This document shows, piece by piece, positions 39,032-53,277 of a stretch of 64,000 nt of DNA. Numbering within the stretch: the first letter of the stretch is position 1; the number at the start of each line of letters is the position of its first letter. Under the pieces are notes generated by a model. The model was not told where the DNA came from and did not search any database. It saw nothing but the letters and a program-made list of their open reading frames with translations. The DNA comes from Octopus vulgaris (lineage: Eukaryota): the NCBI GenBank assembly GCA_951406725.2, contig OX597839.1, positions 21,762,001 to 21,826,000 of the forward strand, given 5' to 3'. Made by a program: the position numbers and the translations under genes.

Positions 39032-39344
39032 CTTGTAGATCTAACCCTAATTGGGGTTTGCAGCTCAGCAGCCAAAGGAGGAATGTCTGGCATCACTGGA
39101 AGAAGTACGGATGCAGAATAAAGTTTATCTTTCTCCGGTGATTTAGAAACTGGCTCAGCCTCTTTTGTGTTTGTATTATTATCTAAGTCTTTCTTGGGAC
39201 TCGTCTGTCGCAGACGGGTCGTTGGCGTGGCCGCCGGTGTCACAACTGATCGATTCTTTGTTGATCTTTTCTGAGGTTTCTGCTGACTGCTCATCGACTT
39301 GGAGGTTGTCATCGGCTCCGGTTCTATCGAGATTTTTGGTGAGT
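39032..39344 (-). CDS. Coding exon G
   Basis: ctttaaag acceptor, AG|gtcagt donor; 313 nt, phase 1 in and phase 2 out; SPKISIEP...RVRST. Confidence 0.85.
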
Positions 39345-39424
39345 CTTTAAAGAACACAACAAAAAGAAGCCTGTAATTTATGTATAAACACTCACCCATC
39401 CCAAAACATAAATATTTGACAGAC

Positions 39425-41083
<1,659 letters not shown>

Positions 41084-41444
41084 GGTATACAATAAAAAAT
41101 TTCATATATTTGTCTTAAACATTCAGACAAGCAAATTCGTAATTCAGATGTATGACATGAGGTATTATTCCATTCAAATAACCACATATTTATATTAAGA
41201 GTTAGATGAAAAAATAAAAGCCTAAAAATATATAAGGGGTGTCTGGATTAGCTGAGAATCTTCAAAAGAGAAAGAATTCCTTGAGAGGTTCACCTGGAAC
41301 TAATCATTCTCATCTTCATTAATATTAACTAAACTATTATTGGTAAAGGGAAGAAAAGAAAGATGAGATTAATTTTAGTGTGACATCAGCCTTAGCTGAG
41401 GAGATCTATAATTATACATGTTCCAGCCACGACCATCCCTTCTA

Positions 41445-41876
41445 TCTCTCTCTATATAAACGGCAGTTTGTCTGTCTGTGTGTCTGTCAGGTTGTACCCT
41501 CACCCTGACCACGGCTTTCAACCGATTCTGATGAAACTTGACACACACATAGCCCAATGTCATAATTCAAAACTAACACAGCGAAAATTTTGAAAAGTTC
41601 CCCCAGTTCTGGAAAAAATCGATAAATTCGACATGGGGTCGAGAATCTAAGCTTTTTATATGCAACACATTTTCTGTCTAGGGGACACAACTCGACCTTT
41701 TTATCGCCCAAAGGGACAGCTAGGAACATTGTATACACAGAAGTATTCGAATGAAGAGAAGACATTGCAACCTACACATGCGCCTTCGTTCCCTAGAGGG
41801 AAAGGACTAGATTGGGATTAGTCGTTGCCTACTAGGGGCTCTTACATACCCGGGCAACGCCGGGCTATGCTACTAG
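41445..41876 (+). mobile_element. Non-autonomous Helitron
   Basis: A|TC...CCCGGGCAACGCCGGG hairpin, CTAG|T, no TSD. Confidence 0.9.
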
Positions 41877-42159
41877 TTTTAAATAGATGTAGATTTACAT
41901 CATCCAATGACTCCTTTCATTTCTAAGGTGGTAGGGCATGAAATTTCATAGTAACGTAGCTGCTATTTCTAGCAGATCAAACAACCACAAACAAGTTCCT
42001 TGCCTGACTTTTAGAGGTAAAAAGAAAAGATGCTTGGTGTAATCAAAGGGTACAAACGGTACCCTACAGAATGAAAAATAAAATGTACCCCATTTGGGGA
42101 TGTGAAGGCCACAGGTGGCTAATCCCCTTTTGCCTATCACCCATGTTTCTCTCCTGTAC

Positions 42160-42589
42160 TACATTAGGGAGCAATAAATGACATTAGCAACCTACATTAG
42201 GGAGCAATAAATGACATTAGCAACCTACATTAGGGAGCAATAAATGACATTAGCAACGTACATTAGGGAGCAATAAATGACATTAGCAACCTACATTAGG
42301 GAGCAATAAATGACATTAGCAACCTACATTAGGGAGCAATAAATGACATTAGCAACGTACATTAGGGAGCAATAAATGACATTAGCAACCTACATTAGGG
42401 AGCAATAAATGATATTAGCAACCTACATTAGGGAGCAATAAATGACATTAGCAACCTACATTAGGGAGCAATAAATGACATTAGCAACCTACATTAGGGA
42501 GCAATAAATGATATTAGCAACCTACATTAGGGAGCAATAAATGACATTAGCAACCTACATTAGGGAGCAATAAATGACATTAGCAACCT
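42160..42589. repeat. 33-bp minisatellite, 13 units (TACATTAGGGAGCAATAAATGACATTAGCAACC)
   Basis: Direct periodicity of 33 nt. Confidence 0.97.
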
Positions 42590-42765
42590 CCTCTTCATGG
42601 TTTCAATTGATGGAAGACAAGTTTAACAGGGATTTGTCTACAATAAACTTGGGAAGGAGAGAAAGCAGAGAAGAAAAGAAGGAAATAAGAAAATAACAAA
42701 ATGTAAATGCTAAAATTTGCAGCAACATCAAACCCACTTGAGTCAAGAAAAATATCTCTAATTAC

Positions 42766-43555
42766 CTTCAGCTACAACTGGATGAGGACTTTCAATAAAG
42801 GATTCAGAAACAACTTTCTGTGTTGAAATTCGTTGACTTGAACGAGTTTTATGTCCTCTGTCCAAAGTTCTCCTTCTTCTGGAGGGGGAAGGAGTGAGAA
42901 GAGACGATTCTGACTCCCCTTCCGCAGATGATCCCAGGTCTGTAGGAATTACAGAGGTACCTATTCGACCAGGTCTCTCTTGTAAAGAGACTTCCATCAT
43001 ACTCTGTGTTTTGGACTTGATATACACAAGGGTGGGGCTCTCCTCCACAAATGTTTTTCTTCGGGCAGACGATTGAGCAATGAAACTCTTTTGTGGAGCT
43101 GAAGGAAAACTTTTACGAGTCGGCGTCGGAGGTGGAGTCTCTATTTTGGCTTTCCTATTCAAAGTGCTGCTCCTCAAAACCCTCATAGGTAACTGACTGG
43201 AGCTTTGGTCAGCTTCCTCGTTGCTCTCTGACTGCATCTCTTCCCCAACTGATCCTGGTCCCTTACTCACAGACTCTGCAACAACAGCAGGCGTTTTGCT
43301 GGCTCTCTTTCTCGAAGTGTGTGTAAACTCAATGTCGGGGGTAGATTGTGAGGCTGTGATAGAGCTTGTGTGCTTCACTTCCTCCTCCGTTGCCTTTTCG
43401 TCAACCACCTCGACTCCTTTATCTTTACTCTCCACTTCCATCTGGGATGTTTCCTCTCTTACAGAAAACTTCCCAAGCTCTGTCGTTTTATTTCTGCGGG
43501 ACTGAGATGCTCTTCTCCTGGAAGGGGTCTTGGTTGCTGGAAACACGGAGGGAGT
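42766..43555 (-). CDS. Coding exon F, Ser/Thr-Pro and Arg-rich
   Basis: ttcag acceptor, G|gtaatt donor; 790 nt, phase 0 in and phase 1 out; TPSVFPATK...VVAE. Confidence 0.9.
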
Positions 43556-43792
43556 CTGAAATTGAAGAAAAGAAAAGAATGACTAAAAGAACATAAAGAG
43601 AAATCTTAGTGGCCATCACCTCAGAACTGAACACCTTCAATTAAAGGGTCTGTTTCATCAAGGCTGACCTGAGGCTTCTAGATAATCCCTTGACCTGTTC
43701 AGTACCCTCCCCAATAAACCCACAATAAACTCCTTTATGTTGTGAAAGTAGGAGCCACGTGTTTTAAGGCCTAAACCTTAACACAGATATCT

Positions 43793-44013
43793 GTTTCTTT
43801 ATTACCCACAAGGGGCTAAAAATAGAGGGGACAGACAGATGGATTAAGTCGATTACATCGACCCCAGTGCGTAACTGGTACTTGATTTATCGACCCCGAA
43901 AGGATGAAAGGCAAAGCCGACCTTGGCGGAATTTGAACTTGGAACATAACGGCAGACAAAATACGGCTACGCATTTCGCCCAGCGTGCTAACGTTTCTGC
44001 CAGCTCGCCGCCT
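43793..44013 (-). mobile_element. SINE family 3
   Basis: Sequence match; flanked by duplicated CCTTAACACAGATATC. Confidence 0.9.
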
Positions 44014-44379
44014 TAACACAGATATCATCATCATCATCATCATCAGTGTGTGTGTGACTGAAGAGGTCATTTGAGTCACGTGTCACAGGTGTTCAATTGC
44101 TGAGGGATTTGAACTCAAAATAAGTATCATGTAAATAGACTAAATTAAGTAACACAAGGTATTGTGTCCTCTCTTCTACTAATTCCACAGACTGACAACC
44201 AACGAGGAAGCCTGCATATGGTTGTTCCACTTGCCAGAAATAGCAGCCACATGTATCTTAAATTATATCTCAGCATTTTATATGGAGCAGTAACCACATT
44301 AGATGATGGCTGAATAAAGATGAGGTGGTCACGATTGGACTACAAGAGCTCAAATAATAACAACAGGTTAAGTTCATAC

Positions 44380-44565
44380 CTCATTCGTAGCTGGCTGGGA
44401 CAGGGTTTCGCTCACTGGAGGAAGGTCATGAGAGGTAGATTCCATCATTGGTGCAGGGGCAGGCATGGCTGGAGCAACTTCCACCTCTGGCTGCAAGCTA
44501 GTTGTCATAGCAACATCCACTTCCTGTGTGACATTAGTTACTTCCTCTGGCCCAACACTCACTTC
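44380..44565 (-). CDS. Coding exon E
   Basis: tttatag acceptor, GAG|gtatga donor; 186 nt, phase 0/0; EVSVGPEE...ATNE. Confidence 0.85.
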
Positions 44566-44799
44566 CTATAAACATAGAGAACAACAATAAGCCAACAACA
44601 GAACCTCCAATTAGTCAATTAGAATGCTAGAAATAGGAGCCAAATCACACTACCATTGTTGTGCAGCAATTTGATGCCTCTATAATTACTTCTATTAAAG
44701 ATTTCTCCCTCGCCCTAGTAGCAGCAGATTGTGATGCTGCTACACCAGTCACTGGGGACAATGCCTTTCTCAAGAACCTGGTTTTAACCATGCAGGAGA

Positions 44800-45018
44800 C
44801 TACTCTTTTACTCTTTACTCGTTTCAGTCATTTTGACTGCGGCCATGCTGGAGCACCGCCTTTAGTCGAGCAACTCGACCCCGGGACTTATTCTTTTTTT
44901 GTAAGCCCAGTACTTATTCTATCGGTCTCTTTTTGCCGAACCGCTAAGTGACGGGGACGTAAACACACCAGCATCGGTTGTCAAGCAATGCTAGGGGGAT
45001 AAACACAGACACACAAAC

Positions 45019-45070
<52 letters not shown>

Positions 45071-45235
45071 GACAGGCTTCTTTCAGTTTCCGTCTACCAA
45101 ATCCACTCACAAGGCATTGGTCGGCCCGGGGCTATAGTAGAAGACACTTGCCCAAGTTGCCACGCAGTGGGACTGAACCCGGAACCGTGCGGTTGGTTAG
45201 CAAGCTACTTTACCACACAGCCACTCCTGCGCCTA
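44800..45235 (-). mobile_element. SINE family 2
   Basis: Sequence match to other copies. Confidence 0.9.
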
Positions 45236-45649
45236 CCTTACCCAATATTTTCAGGATCTCACTAGTGACCCCAGATGAACCAGGGACTTTCCTTGTTTCA
45301 TTATCTTTGTCTTATCTACCATGTTGCTGTCCACTAGGATAGCTGGTCCCTGTTGGGTTCGTACGAGAGAGACTCCCTCCATCCCATTCATTCTCCACGT
45401 CTTTTTTTCTTTTCAGGATCACTAAAAGCAATCAACTTCTTTTACTTGTTTCAGTCATTTGACTGCAGCCATGCTGGAGCACCGCCTTTAGTCGAGCAAA
45501 TTGACCCCAGAGGTTATTCTTTGTAAGCCTAGTACCTATTCTATTGGTCATTTTTGCTGAACTGCTAAGTTACGGGGATGTAAACACACCAGCATCGGTT
45601 GTCAAGCGATGGGGGGGGGGGGGTACGCAGACATACATACATACATACA

Positions 45650-45679
45650 TCATCATATCATCATCATCATCATCATCAT

Positions 45680-45718
<39 letters not shown>

Positions 45719-46020
45719 GTTTAACGTCCGTTCTCCATGCTAGCATGGGTTGGACGGTTCGACCGGGGATCTGGGAAGCCAGAGGGCTGCATCAGGCTCC
45801 GGTCTTATCTGGCCATGTTTCTACAGCTGGATGCCCTTCCTAACGCCAACCACTCCGTGAGTGTAGTGGGTGCTTTTTACGTGCCACCTGCACTGGTGCC
45901 AGGCGAGGCTGGCATCGGCCACGGTCGGATTGGTGCATTTTACGTGCCACCTGCACGGAAGCCAGTCGAGGCGGCACTGGCTTCGGCCACAATTCGGATG
46001 GTGCTTTTTACGTGCCACCG
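45650..46020 (-). mobile_element. Retroposon family 4
   Basis: Sequence match; long (CAT)n tail. Confidence 0.85.
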
Positions 46021-47135
46021 TGACCCTACCTCCCAACCCGGCTCGTTCCCCTGCTCCCGCCCACGTTGCCGCACTTGCCCTTACCTCTCCAACACCACCC
46101 GCCTCACTAGCACCCACCATCGACCCTATCCCATCATCCACTCCTTCACCTGCACCTCCAGCAATATTATCTATTGCATCTCTTGCTCTCTCTGCAATTC
46201 CTTGTACATCGGACAAACGGGACGCCGCTTGGCTGACCGGTTCGCGGAACACCTTCGTGACATCCACCTTGCAAACGACACACCGGTCTCACGCCATTTC
46301 CGCTCCACCGGTCACTCCTTGCAACACCTATCTGTGTTCGGTTTGTCCTTACACAGAGGCCATCCGGATTCCCGTTTGCGCCGTGAACAGGAATTAATCT
46401 TCTCTCTTCGCTCTTATACGCCATTTGGTCTCAACTCTCCCCCCCTCCTCATCTAACCCCCCTCTCCCCCCTCCTCACCTATCCTTTCACCCCTACTCCC
46501 CTTCCCTTCTTCCCTCTTTCTCCCTCCCTCTTCCCCTTCCCTCTGCTCCCTCACTCCCTCTTTCCTCCTTCATCCCCCTCCTCCCCCTCTCCTCACTACA
46601 CCACATGACTTTACACATCACATCACATATGATGTGCCATACTAATACATACTAATACGTACTAATACATACTAGTACATACTAATACATACACCAACCC
46701 CATACCTACGCACGTCCAGACCAATCCTACGCACTAATACTCTCTCATACACACACACACACCCTTATACATACTAATACATACACCAACCCTATACATA
46801 CACACATCCAGACCCCTCCTACGCACTATTAGCTGGTCCCTCAACCCTTTTATCAACCCTATTATCTCCCCTTATTTCGCTCTCGCGTCTCATGTTTGAT
46901 CTTTGACCTCTGGCCGAAATCAGATCGCCATGTTGATTCGTTAGCTACTGCACGCATTTTTTTCTCTCCTTCTTTCTGTGTTTTTCTCTCTCTGTGTATC
47001 TTTCTGTTGAAGAGCGTAGGCTCGAAACGTTAAAGACTTGTTTTATTTATATTTCCTGAGCGCCATACTAATACAATTGTTCGTTTGTTTTCCACCTGCC
47101 TTCGTCTTTTGTTTATTTTCATAAAGCTTCCCGTT
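46021..47135 (+). mobile_element. Penelope-like element 3' fragment: GIY-YIG endonuclease + 3' UTR/pLTR
   Basis: PCSRPRCRTC, FTCTSSNIIYCISCSLCNSLYIGQTGRRLADRFAEH, VSRHF, RE..LI..L....P.GLN; stop at 46454-46456. Confidence 0.93.
46999..47036 (+). ncRNA. Minimal hammerhead-like motif in Penelope 3' region
   Basis: TCTTT-CTGTTGA-A-GAGC-GTAG-GCTC-GAAA-CG-TT-AAAGA, about 540 bp downstream of the GIY-YIG ORF. Confidence 0.68.
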
Positions 47136-47829
47136 ATATATATATATATATATATATACATAAACGACAAGCTTCTTCTAGTTTCTGTCTACCAAATCCA
47201 CTCAATGCTTTGGTCAGCCCAAGGCTATAGTAGAAGACATTTGCCCAAGGTACCACCCGGTAGGACTGAACTCAGAAACATGTCGTTGGGAAGCAAGCTA
47301 CTTACCACACAGCCACTCCTGTGCCTACTATTATCCAGCCGTCCACACTTCTCTCCTACAACCAGCTGTCTTAATGTACAGCAGTACACTGCTAGACAAG
47401 GAAAGCCCCTGATCCATCAGGAGTCTTCAAGATGAAGACGTAGGCATAATGCCAAAATTTGCAGGGAGCACAGGGGGATGTAATCAACCCCAGTGCTCAA
47501 TTGTTACTTAATTTATCAACCTCAAAAGAATGAAAAGCAAAGTACACTTCACTGTTATTTGAACTCAGAATGTAAGAAAGGCTGCTAAGCATTCTGCCCT
47601 TCCCACCAACTTAATAATCTTTTCTATTATAGAGGCTCAAGGCCTGAAATTTTGGGAGATGTGGCTCGTTGGTTAGATTGACCCAAGTGCATGACTGGTA
47701 CTTATTTCATTGAGTTGAAAGGATGAAAAGGCAAAGCTGAATTTGATCACACAGAATGGAGGAACAGATGAAATGCCATTCAAGCATTTTGTCTGGTGTA
47801 CTAACAATTCTGCCTGCTGCCTGCTTTAA

Positions 47830-48050
47830 CCCTTTCGTTACCAACCCGGCTGAAACCGGCTCTGGCTCTTTAGTACAAATGTCTGGTTTTCAAAAGTTCT
47901 GAATTAAAACCTTCCACCAAACCTAAGTCACAATTTATGTCCCTAACTCTAGCTTAATGATAACGATGTTATTTTACTTAATTCTTTGTTATATTTAACA
48001 TAATTGGAAGAAACACTGAGCATCTCAAAATAAATTCAGTAACGAAAGGG
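47830..48050 (+). mobile_element. TTAA-specific (piggyBac-type) MITE, 221 bp
   Basis: TIR CCCTTTCGTTAC / GTAACGAAAGGG, TTAA on both sides. Confidence 0.92.
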
Positions 48051-48282
48051 TTAATAACCCTTTCTAATGAAAGGTCTGAAATTTTGGGGGAGGAGGCTAA
48101 TCAATTAGATCAACCCCAATGTGTGACTGGTACCTTTTTCATTGCCACACCCCCGCCCCACAACAATGAGAGGCAAATGCAACTTTGCCAGAACATAAAG
48201 CCAGACAAAATGTCACAGAGCCTGATGTCCAGCGCGCTGACCATGGGGTCAGTTTATTGCCAGAAACATAATAATAAAATAT

Positions 48283-48690
48283 ATTTCTTTATTGCCCACA
48301 AGGGGCTAAACATAGAGGGGACAAACAAAGACAGACAAAGGGATTAAGTCAACTACATCGACCCCAGTGCGTAACTGGTACTTTATTTATCGACCCCGAA
48401 AGGATGAAAGGCAAAGTCGACCTCGGCAGAATTTGAACCCAGAACGTAACGGCAGACGAAATACCTATTTCTTTATTACCCACAAGGGGCTAAACACAGA
48501 GAAGACAAAAAAGGACAGACATAGGTATTAAGTCGATTACATTGACCCCAGTGCGTAACTGGTACTTTATTTATCGACCCCGAAAGGATGAAAGGCAAAG
48601 TCGACCTGGGCGGTGTTTGAACCCAGAGCGTAACGACAGACGAAATACTGCTGAGCATTTCGTCCGGCGTGCTAACGTTTCTGCCAGCTC
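48283..48690 (-). mobile_element. Tandem pair of family 3 SINEs
   Basis: Two consecutive copies. Confidence 0.9.
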
Positions 48691-48733
48691 AATAATAAAA
48701 TAGACAGCAAAAAGGAGAGATGATAAGTCTTAC

Positions 48734-49777
48734 CATTGTTTCAGCTTCCATTGTAACTTCCTGCCTTGTCGTCGTCGACGGGGCTGACATACAAGAAGTG
48801 TCTGACAAAGAAAAGGAAGTGAGGTTATCGGACGAAGATGCAGACGTGACATGACCGTCCAGAACCACGCCACCATCGTCTTCCTCTTGGTTAGCAAGCT
48901 GCTGCTGCTGTTGCTGCTGCTCATCAATATGGGGAACTCTCATCTCTGCGTCTTCATTCTCAGAATCCAGTGGGGTTGACGGGGCAGCAGCGGCGGCCAC
49001 GGGTATCACATCTGTGGCCGTTTGCTCTGGGACATTGCCCTCATTGACCCTGTCGTTGTGGTCAAAGTGACAAGGCTCTGGTTGAACTTCTGAAACCCTG
49101 ATCTGGCTCATTGTGTCTGTCCTGGCTGCAGTTTCCATTGTAACGGACTCAGCCTCACTACCAACATCTTCATCTTCATCTTCCTGCACCGCCAACAGCT
49201 TGCCCATTTCCGTTTCTTCCACCCTAACACCAACCTCCTCTTGCACTGAACTTGCTTTACTAGCATCATCTCTCTCTTCCTCCTCCTCCTCCTCCTCCTC
49301 CACATGTTCTACTTTAACAAATCCCCCATCCTCTTCACTATCCTCTTCCACCACTTCTGCCTCCTCCTCTTCTTCCTCCGCCACTTCTGCCTCCTCCTCT
49401 TCTTCCTCCGCCACTTCTGCCACCTCCTCTTCTTCCTCCGCCACTTCTGCCTCCTCCTCTTCTTCCTCCACCACTTCTGCCTCCACCACTTCTGCCTCCT
49501 CCTCTTCTTCCTCCACCACTTCTGCCACCTCTTCTTCTTCCGCCACCACTTCTGCCTCCTCCTCCTCCTCTTCTTCCGCCACCACTTCTGCCTCCTCCTC
49601 CTCCTCTTCTTCCTCCACCACTTCTGCCTCCTCCTCCTCCTCTTCTTCCTCCACCACTTCTGCCTCCTCCTCTTCCTCCTCCTCCTCCTCATCATCATCA
49701 TCAATCAGTATCTGTTCTGCAGGTGTCTCCTCTATCTTCGTCGTCGAATGGTAATAACTTGATGACAAGGTGGGCTG
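48734..49777 (-). CDS. Coding exon D, Glu-rich tandem repeats
   Basis: Long poly-T tract + CAGCAG acceptor, ATG|gtaaga donor; 1044 nt, phase 0/0; QPTLSSSYY...EAETM. Confidence 0.9.
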
Positions 49778-50209
49778 CTGAAAAAGAAAAAAAAAAAAAA
49801 ATCAATTAAAAATCCATAAAAAAAATATTTAAAGAAATAGAAACAACAATTACAACAACAACAGAAAGTGACTTGAAATCCTTCCAGGGTCAATATTACC
49901 ATAGCCTGCCCCTCTCCCCTTGGATGCATGAAGGGACAACACCATCGACCAAGCACAGACACATCAGCTCCCACCCCTTGACTCCCTGTCTTATGCCAGC
50001 CATTTGGTTCCCCCCATCCCAACACTTAGATATGCATTTACTACACCCCCAAGAGCAGATCTGTGTGGGTGGCCATGGGTGATGTTTTCTGTTGTCTATT
50101 TTCTGAAGATGAGCTCGAATGGTTGGATAATTAAGAAGTGTGTTCTACGAACAAAAGGGTTTTATGTTCAGGGGTTATTCTCTGGACATTATGGATAAGT
50201 TCTGGAATA

Positions 50210-50561
50210 TCTCTCTCTATATAAACGGCAGTTTGTCTGTCTGCGTGTCTGTGTGTCTGTCAGGTTGTGCCCTCACCCTGACCACGGCTTTCAACCGATT
50301 CTGATGAAACTTGACACACACATAGCCCAATGTCATAATTCAAAACTAACGCAGCGAAAATTTTGAAAAGTTCCCCCAGTTCTGAAAAAAATCGATAAAT
50401 TCGACATGGGGTCGAGAATCAGAAACACAAACCACAGACTGTCTAGGGGACGCAACTCCACCTTTTTAACTCTCTTTTGCTATATTTTGGCTATAACTCA
50501 CTAAAAATGCTTTATAGTTATTTCCCTTACAAACCCGAGCAACGCCAGGCGATACTGCTAG
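50210..50561 (+). mobile_element. Non-autonomous Helitron
   Basis: A|TC...imperfect hairpin, CTAG|T. Confidence 0.88.
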
Positions 50562-50571
50562 TTCTCTATAA

Positions 50572-50930
50572 ATGGCAGAGTTCAACATATTGGATGAATT
50601 CAGTGAATTTGATGGCAAAGATGATGCAAATTACCAAAGCAGTGACTTGGAATCTGTTTCTGATGATGACAGACCCAGAATAGCAAGTGAAAACAGGGAC
50701 AATGAAACTGGTTTGGAGAATGGATCAAATGGTGTGAAAAGAGAGAGAGGGGAACTACAACACTGGATGCCATCAGCAAAGGTCCATATGACACTTCAAC
50801 TTGTAGGTCAAACACCATTCCAGGCAGCAGAAATGGGGAGTGTAAGCCCAGTTGAGTTTGTAAATAGATTTCTGGATTGATCAATTCCTCTTCATTTTGC
50901 AATGGCATTCACCCAAAAAGGGGTTAAGGC
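50572..50930 (+). mobile_element. Possible piggyBac transposase N-terminal relic
   Basis: Acidic N-terminus followed by SPVEFVNRFLD; no catalytic motifs seen. Confidence 0.3.
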
Positions 50931-51482
50931 AGCTCCCATTGAGTTCACCACATGATGTCCACATGTGTCTGATGATTCTGCAGCATGATGAAGCCATTCC
51001 CTCTTCCAGCGATGAATGCCAAAGACTCAAGGTCCAGAAATGAGCTCCCTACTACCTGTCTGGACTGTCATAAGCTGACCACCTCTCCAGGAAACTTTGC
51101 CAATTCCAGAGAAACTTCACCACTCAAACCAATTTGCATGCCACAAAGGCTCCAGAAACAAACTAATGAATAGTGGTTCTGGTCTACTAATCCAACATGG
51201 TGCATCATCGTTTAACATCTGCTTTCCATGCTGGACTGGGTTGGACAGTTTGACTGAAGTTTCTACAGTTGGTTGCTCTTCCTAATGCAAACCACTCCGA
51301 GAGTACTTTTTATGTACCACTGGCATGGGAACCAGTCAGGTGGCACTGGCATCAGTCATGATTTCACTTGGTTCAACGGTTTTCATTCGTTTGTGGCAAA
51401 GCTGGAGCACCACCTGAAGAGTGCAATATTGGCATAAAAACGTCAGGCGATATCAAGTGTTTGTATGCTTTGTGGCCGTGCA

Positions 51483-51892
51483 GTAGTGGCTGTGTGGTAA
51501 GTAGCTTGCTAACCAACCACATGGTTCCGGGTTCAGTCCCACTGCGTGGCATCTTGGGCAAGTGTCTTCTGCTATAGCCCCGGGCCGACCAAAGTCTTGT
51601 GAGTGGATTTGGTAGACGGAAACTGAAAGAAGCCTGTCGTATATGTATATATATATATGTGTGTGTGTGTGTTTGTGTGTCTGTGTTTGTCCCACTAGCA
51701 TTGCTTGACAACCGATGGTGGTGTGTTTATGTCCCCGTAACTTAGCGGTTCGGCAAAAGAGACCGATAGAATAAGTACTGGGCTTACAAAAACAATAAGT
51801 CCCGGGGTCGATTTGCTCGACTAAAGGCGGTGCTCCAGCATGGCCGCAGTCAAATGACTGAAACAAGTAAAAGAGTAAAAGAGTAAAGAGTA
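51483..51892 (+). mobile_element. SINE family 2
   Basis: Sequence match to other copies. Confidence 0.9.
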
Positions 51893-52453
51893 ACAGCAAT
51901 GTAGGAATTGTATCATGTATATGTTATGACAGTCTTGCTCCTTACCCCTGTAAGACTCGGGTATAAATGGCTTAGGAACTCAGGCACAGGATTAAAGAGT
52001 ACCAAAAAGATCACGGCTCAAAGGATTAATAATAACAAAATCATTTTACTAAATTTTCCATATTTTCAAAATTAATTCTGACAAATGCAGCATATTCCAA
52101 CGAAGATATGGAGATAAAACAGTTCATTTGTTTGTCACCACCATTTTGTTGTAAGCAACTGCAGAACTTTTAAAAAGCAACGCAAAAGATGATTTCTTCA
52201 AATCCCAAATCCACCCCACTGTTGATCCTATAAATGAAACTACCTGAAATGTTCTTTCACCTCGTCTTTGTGGTTTCTCATATTTTGGAGCCATTCTCGT
52301 TTTTACTGGCTTCAAAACACACACACACACACATTATATAAACTAATAAGAATAGATATTAGACTTTGATCTTAGCTATCTTTCCTTCTTTCCTGAGCGT
52401 CCAATAATACTTTATTTGTTCCACGTCCTCGTGTTGTGTTTTCTTGTTTGGAT

Positions 52454-52484
<31 letters not shown>

Positions 52485-52485
<1 letters not shown>

Positions 52486-52871
52486 CTCTTTACTCTTTTA
52501 CTTGTTTCAGTCATTTGACTGCGGCCATGCTGGAGCATCGCCTTTAGACTTATTCTTTGTAAGCCCAGTACTTATTCTATCGGTCTCTTTTGCCGAACCG
52601 CTAAGTGACAGGGACGTAAACATACCAGCATCGGTTGTCAAGCAATGCTAGGGGGACAAACACAGACACACAAACACATACATACATATACATATATATA
52701 TACATATATACGACAGGCTTCTTTCAGTTTCCGTCTACCAAATCCACTCACAAGGCATTGGTCGGCCCGGGGCTATAGCAGAAGACACTTGCCCAAGATG
52801 CCACGCAGTGGGACTGAACCCGGAACCATGTGGTTGGTTAGCAAGCTACTTACCACACAGCCACTCCTGCG

Positions 52872-52876
<5 letters not shown>
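52485..52876 (-). mobile_element. SINE family 2
   Basis: Sequence match to other copies. Confidence 0.9.
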
Positions 52877-52930
<54 letters not shown>

Positions 52931-53277
52931 AATTACACACAAACTAAGCCTAATCTAAGGGAGACAATTTTAATCCGTTTCTCTAATTTCTCTCCCATTC
53001 TGTAAAGGCTGTTTGTTATTCAAATTGACACAGGAGGGATTTCAGAACCTTATTTTCAAATCTTTTTGGTTTCTGACATTCATCGCTGCAACACTGCATG
53101 AAGAATCAACCCCTGGACTTACATTTACCAGAAGCATGTTGTTGGAAAGCAAACTTCATTCCATGCCAGAGATGGAAGATTAGGCTGCTATTTCTAGTGC
53201 TCTTGTCTGTTCACTCATTTGATCAACAGAAGAGAAAAATTCATCAAAAGTGAATGAAACAGAACTTTACCCTAAAC

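Noticed and set aside
41529-41545. CTGATGAAAC in Helitron copies
   Set aside because: No stem II between CUGAUGA and GAAA; chance match
45737-46020. N-terminal part of the 239-aa ORF as a real protein
   Set aside because: Antisense reading of a family 4 retroposon; only the part after 46021 is GIY-YIG
49113-49762. Poly-Ser and LLFFLHH plus-strand ORFs
   Set aside because: Antisense shadows of the Glu-rich exon D
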